DNA of 63,991 nucleotides, the filler included, from Phoronis australis (lineage: Eukaryota; Animalia; Phoronida), in assembly GCA_002633005.1 (NCBI GenBank). It is 6 parts of 6 records of this genome, joined end to end, with 100 filler letters (N's around TTAATTAATTAA, not from the genome) between each part and the next. Parts side by side here need not be neighbours in the genome. Positions count along the whole stretch, not along the records: positions 58,418 to 63,991 come from NMRA01000373.1; 5 more parts are not named here. One strand, 5' to 3'. The notes below the pieces were generated by a model. It was not told where the DNA came from. It ran no database searches and worked only from the letters and a program-made list of their open reading frames with translations. Each line of letters starts with the position of its first letter. Positions within the stretch are counted from its first letter, which is position 1. The translations under genes and the position numbers were made by a program. Of this stretch, positions 58,418 to 63,991 are shown one piece after another.

Positions 58418-60096
58418 AAGTTTTTATTGTATTAATTTCAAGGGCATGGAGTCTTCTACATGTCCATGTTATTATTTTTAGTTTTCTCGTGGGGGCAGCT
58501 TCGCTATAAGGGTACAGCTTACTGCTGGTTTTTCACAAGACGGAAACGTACCTCCACGGAAACAGTTCCAGTGTTACCATGGTAACCGATATTGCAGTGT
58601 CGGTGCCGTTTTTACTGACATTGGTCATGAACCTATCATGTGATATCAAAATTGTTCAGAAACGATTCTGTTTGGAGCAGAAACTGGAATAGAAAATTTT
58701 GTAAAAAATGACTCATTCCACACCAAGAAATTGCCTCATTTTGCCCCCCAGAACACTTCCCTTGTATCTCCTAAACCACCAAACTTTGTAGTGTCATACT
58801 TCACTCATTTTCTCTCATCCCTAATGTGATTTATCAGACTAAACATGGATCTGAATGGTTGACCCCCCACCTTGCCGCTTGTTGGCTGTACTGTGGTCGG
58901 TGGATCCGTGGACTGATACTTAACAAAATTAGGGTGCGTTCCACAGACGCAAGACACTCGCGAATAAAGCTAGTGCAATAAATCCCGTGCTTCGATCTCT
59001 TATCAGTAATAATACAAGGAAATATCTAGCGAACACTTGTGCATATCGATTTTCTCGCAAGAAATTTGCTCCAAGGAACGCAACCCATTTTGCATAGCCC
59101 TGATGCCAAGATGACAGTGGAAAATTTTTAAAAACAACCCCTAACAGCGTTTTGGAGAACATTGTATATAGCATGGGAATGTTTTGCATGAATCCGATGT
59201 GCCATTTCTGATATGACGTCACGAAGTTAGCCAAATTGAGATTTTTTTAGGGTCCTATATAACATTATTTCATAATGTAAACTTTATTACTCAATAATTT
59301 TGACATTTTAGGTAACGGCGAGGTGGGGTTCCCAGAGATTATGGCGATATTTTTGCAGTATCAACCGTAACAAGACGATTACAAAGTTCTCCTGAATGGA
59401 AATGTAGCGCAACTAGCGAACCAATAATGCATGTGGAGCCTAGTGTTATTCTTTCTAAGCATGAAGATTGTTCTGGGTCTTATAAACTGTACAATATCAC
59501 GCCAATCATTGACAAGTGGAAACGAGGCCATGAAACTATGTAACAGAGAAGTGCGAATCGACTAAGAGTGATCGAGATTTGTCTCGTTCCAGCCTGGCTC
59601 CAGCGCAGATAAGTGCTTTGTGCAGTCATGTTTCTGACTGTATTCAATTCCTTAACTTTTTGGAAAGTCTAATATGTAAAACTAACTTGGTAGGTGTTGC
59701 TCAGTGCTGCGCATTCGAACTATCACAAATGCGCACAGTGCAGAATAGGCCCTACAATGTGTTGCCGTTAATCATCGGACACCAACATCATTAAAAGTAA
59801 AAGGTAGTTATTATTATGAATGTACCAGTCTTCGACGTCATGTCTTTGTCTAAGACTAACTGAACCATCAGCTTGAAGTGATTGGGATCATCTAGTCTCG
59901 TCTCCCTTTGGTACTGTAGTCTACCTATGGCGCTATTATGATCGAAGTTGTCGCCGAGAACAGGCCAACTCAAAAGTACGCCCAAGATCGTATCTTTATT
60001 AACAGCATATTTTGAAAATCCGATGGATGTCATGAATTCTCATGAAGTTATTTAAGTTTCATCATTTCGTACTTCGTATGACCTACAACTGTCCCA

Positions 60097-60143
60097 ACAA
60101 AACAGTTTATGTTAAATTATATGACATATAAACTGTTTTGTTA
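60097..60143. repeat. Short inverted repeat / hairpin
   Basis: AACAAAACAGTTTAT ... ATAAACTGTTTTGTT, 15-bp perfect arms. Confidence 0.8.
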
Positions 60144-62551
60144 ACAATTCCGGGACATCCCTTTGTTGTTGTTTACTCACAATGAAACGCTATATGCCAG
60201 ACAGCTGTTCAGGCTCCATTCATGTTTATGATTTGGATGAAATCACCGGATATTTCAATATTGTTGTTGTTTTGCACTCACAACCCACACAAATTTGTAT
60301 TTACAATATGTATTGTAGTTAGAGTTAATAAACTTTGTGTGTCAGTAGAAACTCAACGTTCGAGTGTGTTAATGAGTCACGTTTACACTACAAAAGTTGA
60401 CATGACCGACGGATCAGCTGACACGGAACGAGATGTTCCAGTGTGCAAACGGGACTGACACAGAGCAAATTGACATCGCAGTGGCAACTTTTGCCACCCG
60501 TTTGTGAGGTGGGGGCAATTTGCGCTCGAACATCTTGCTCCGTGTCAATAGGGAGTTGCAACGCCGCCATATTGGAAATGAACCAGAATGTTGCATTGTG
60601 GTTAAGCCGGTAAACAAGTACGTCGGCAAGCGTGGGGCGAACTGGCCACAGCAATTCGTGATAGCACTATGGACCCAGGCCGCGACAGCATATCCTGGGG
60701 ATGGATTGACACCCTGACTAACTGATTATGCTTGGCATGCAACTGAAACTCACACGCTTCTGCCAAATAGGTTTGATGGATCTATTCTCCCCGACATCTT
60801 GTTCAGTTAGAATGCAGAAGTCAACAATAGTAACATTTCTAATGAAGCAACTATCATTAGAGATAGTTCGCCAGTGAAGATTCCCAAGATGAACCATGGA
60901 GTGAAGGTACCGACTCCGATGAAAAGGATTAATTACAGCTTTTTGGATATGACTAAAACATGAACATTGAGTAAGTAGGCTCATTGCAATGAGATGAATA
61001 TTCGTTATGACGATAAGACTTTTTTGTTTTTATGTTTGTTTTTGGTGTTCTCCAAAAAGGCTGAAAACACCTCTACGACACCTGACTTTGTATTCATACG
61101 GTCGTGCTAGATTGCGTGGAAGCTCTCAAAGCTGAGATTTAGATAAAACACTCTGTTCATGTTGCGGCGAACTTCGCATTTCGTGGGAATAACGAGTCTT
61201 GATAGTTAATTCAGTTTAGCTAGATTGACAACCAATTAATTTGCCCGACACAGTTACATGTATGCCGGCAATAGAACTGTTCGTTTTATGTCTTTATAGT
61301 GCAAATAAAACACGTTCAAATTGATTATTCATCTGATGTTGTATATGGTGCTCAGTCAGCGCGGCGATGGCCTCGGCCATCCACATTGGGGGAGGGGGTT
61401 ATCTAACCACGATGTGTAATCTTTTTAGAAATCGTGACTGATATTCAGTTAAATTAAATATAGATTCTAGTACATGTTTCACATTTTTATTTTTATTATT
61501 ACTGGGTATATGCATTTGAGTAGAGCGAGAGAGGGGCGTCCAATAAAAAGCCGCCCATGCATCGACCAAACCTCTGCATGCTACTGCCCCACCGCTGAAA
61601 TTGTCTTTAAGGTACCTTTTGTTGCATGTGGAGTGTTGCTGGACAGTAGGCAAATGGTTTCAAACGGTTACCTGGCGGGTAAATATAGCTCAATTCAGAT
61701 ACTTGGTCGTGTTTGGCAGGGCTAACCCACCAAAACACTTCTGGCAGTGTTTATGCATGATACATGGACTTACGTAGAATATTTTGCAACTGGTTTCATG
61801 CGGTTACCTCTTGGGTTGATTTAGCTGAAATTCATTTAAGCCCTTTTTATAATCGTTTGGCAGGGGCTCCTCACCGCTGAAATTGTCTGGCATTTTTTAT
61901 GAGTTTAAGTCTTTCGGAAGAGCGAAAAAGTGAAAACAGACGTGTTGTTTCGTCAGGCAACTCTTATCTTACTCCAGCAACTAATGTCCATTAGCATGAA
62001 ATCGCATGTTACCGGCCAAATAAAGGCATGTGGTTTACTTAGGAATTTCGACCGACCCGAAAATGAGAAGAGGATTTTTGGGCCGTTCTATCACAACCAA
62101 AACACGTTATGCGTATCACAACCACTCAAAATTATCGCTGATCACTATTTCAAGGATTACCAAGTTCAAAATTGCGAATTAACTAAGTCATTAACCTTTC
62201 AAGCTGGAATTATTCTCTCTAAAGTTTGGCAAATGATACTGGGGCATGCGCGCACTCAGCCTAAAATATATGCGGGGCTCTAATATTCCGATATGTGGGT
62301 CTTTTACTGGATACTGACAAAGGGTCTATATTCGGAACTATGAATTGTGCATTCATGCTGAATTCCTTAACATTTTGTTTCTTTGAGGCGGACGTTTTTG
62401 CTCACTTCGCCAAATGGGGGGCATGTTCGAGCCCTCCGAGCTCCCCCTCCCATGGGTGCACGCATTTGGGGGTGCCTAAATTTAGCCTAGGATTTTTAAT
62501 AAATATGGGCAAAGTTCTCTGTTAACACTGCAAAGTTCCATTATAGACCTT

Positions 62552-62723
62552 CACGCAGTCGCCATTTTAGCAGTGAGTCTCTATTTAGGTTTAAAAAACA
62601 ATGCCTGCGCGACACGAATGAAGCGAGGCAAGCGGAAAAATAACGCTTTGCGCTGTATTTAAGCGCAAAATGCATTGTTTGTAAAACTAGAGAGAAGCTC
62701 ACTACTAAAATGGCGACTTCGTG
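62552..62723. mobile_element. Palindromic MITE remnant
   Basis: CACGCAGTCGCCATTTTAGCAGTGAG ... CTCACTACTAAAATGGCGACTTCGTG arms, continuing inward as AAACAATGC/GCATTGTTT; right terminus eroded. Confidence 0.75.
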
Positions 62724-63120
62724 TGTACATGTACCAGAGGTTTAGATATGTGAACAGAATTAGTATGTAATTATTAAGCTTACCAGTTTAAAAATGACCA
62801 ATTTAAACGAATAACCACATCAATAATAAGGGGCTTCACTGGAAGAAGACATGCATCAAGTTGTTCTTTGTATGTGACCTTGCTTTTCATTGACTAATGT
62901 AAACTGTACCAGCATACATTAACCAATGAGAGTGCGCTTACTCAAAGGTGAATGCCACCCAGTTTAATTAGTCTTTTTTACCGTCTTGATCGGTCTATAT
63001 CCATATCACCTTCGTATACGGTCGATCTTACCTCGCCGAGAGGTGTCGCGTTAACGTGTGACGAAGGTGAGTGAACAATGCAGCGACGTCAGTGGGTTCT
63101 TTTGCAGAGTGAGTGCCACT

Positions 63121-63320
63121 ATGGTGGGGTGTATCGTTCCCGCTTGTGGGAAGTATGAAGCTGCAACGAAAGCGGGTATATCGTTTTTTCGATTTCCTCG
63201 AGAACCCGAAGTGCTTCGGAAGTGGCTCGCAGCAGTGAAGAATGAAAACAGTATGCCGTTAATGCCAAGTACGAGGCCGTAAAACATCTCCATTCCGTGG
63301 CTGGCATTTTGTCGAAAAGA
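63121..63320 (+). pseudogene. THAP domain (transposase N-terminus) of an internally deleted Kolobok-type element
   Basis: MVGCIVPACGKYEAATKAGISFFRFPREPEVLRKWLAAVK, then after frameshifts RGWHFVE, read as a decayed CxxHF. Possible left terminus TCAA|AGGTGAATGCCACCC at 62946. Confidence 0.85.
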
Positions 63321-63334
63321 AGGCGTTTCGCCAA

Positions 63335-63590
63335 TGGCGGGGTTTCGTGGCAGCAAACATAAGCGTCAATTGTTTCCATTATCATGCAGCTGGTGCACTG
63401 ACACCGTGACAAGTCATTCAAACGGTTTTTGGAACTATGTTCCCTTGCCTGTGGCACGTTCACGGCACCTCTGTAGTGTTTCTTGATCATTGTATTCCGG
63501 TTCGAACTGATAGTCTGTTAAACCTAATGATCCACCTGTGAAGTCTTCGTTGGATGAGTACTCGTCTAAGTCGGGGTTTCAATTTGCCAT
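63335..63590 (-). pseudogene. KolX-like (P2X7 C-terminal Cys-rich-like) accessory gene fragment
   Basis: ATG at 63590 gives MAN*NPDLDEYSSNEDFTGGSLGLTDYQFEPEYND; after a frameshift, NRLNDLSRCQCTSCMIMETIDAYVCCHE. YxFEP followed by RL..(W)CxCxxC..M.T....CCxE. Confidence 0.8.
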
Positions 63591-63649
63591 GATGTTGACA
63601 TTTTTATTGTGCGTTCTGTTTCAAAATGAATTACTCTCATCCTAACTGT

Positions 63650-63705
63650 CAGTGGCGGATCTACGGGGGGGTTCAGGGGGTTTAAACCCCCCCTCGGGCC
63701 AGGAC
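63650..63705 (+). mobile_element. Left end of a CAGTGGCGGATC-type MITE
   Basis: CAGTGGCGGATCTACGGGGGGGTTCAGGGGGTTTAAACCCCCCC; right end not identified. Confidence 0.55.
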
Positions 63706-63991
63706 CCAAATATTAAAAAACCAAAAGCGTCTCAAGCAAAACAAAAACGGCACCGCCAGCGTGTGTAAACCCCAAGTAAACCAACTTGGAAAAAAATGAG
63801 AGGGGTGTTCACTCTGAAAATATAGTTTTTTGCATTGTGAATTGCTGAGTCTTTGTGGCTCATCGGCAAAACGCGCGGGGATTTATTGTGCGCGCGCTTC
63901 CGTCGACACTTCTGAAGTAGCCAAGCATTTTATATGGATTCACCGCTGAAAGAGCAGTTCTATAGCCGATTTCTTTAGGTAACTAGCTTCT

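Noticed and set aside
59791-60984. Cluster of 65-88 aa ORFs in a slightly GC-richer stretch
   Set aside because: No recognisable domain, consistent strand or splice pattern; may be decayed transposon sequence but cannot be supported.

Overview
Eukaryotic, AT-rich animal genomic DNA, most likely from a marine invertebrate and plausibly a deuterostome (inference from gene and repeat content). The window is not contiguous: it is six unplaced scaffolds (1-13458, 13559-33204, 33305-36939, 37040-41911, 42012-58317, 58418-63991) joined by artificial 100-bp linkers (44 N + TTAATTAATTAA + 44 N), and it also has three ordinary N gaps. Scaffold 1 is a 10-bp GGCC-containing satellite (CCAGTGGAGG)n with higher-order repeats, an embedded ~197-bp tandem repeat and an AT-rich insertion. 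Scaffold 5 holds the only clear host genes: intronless COA4 (+) and the last five coding exons of a convergent ITPK1-like inositol-tetrakisphosphate 1-kinase (-). The rest is transposon debris. This includes a Helentron-associated (HINE-like) family whose ~150-bp internal tandem units mostly carry a CTCF-type motif, Kolobok remnants (one with convergent THAP and KolX/P2X7-tail-like fragments), a THAP plus SWIM (ISL2EU-like) remnant, and a Penelope-like retroelement with inverted pLTRs carrying degenerate minimal hammerhead ribozymes. Several Harbinger-, Tc1/mariner- and hAT-type MITEs and tRNA-derived SINE remnants are also present. All family calls come from motif recognition by eye; no database search was run.
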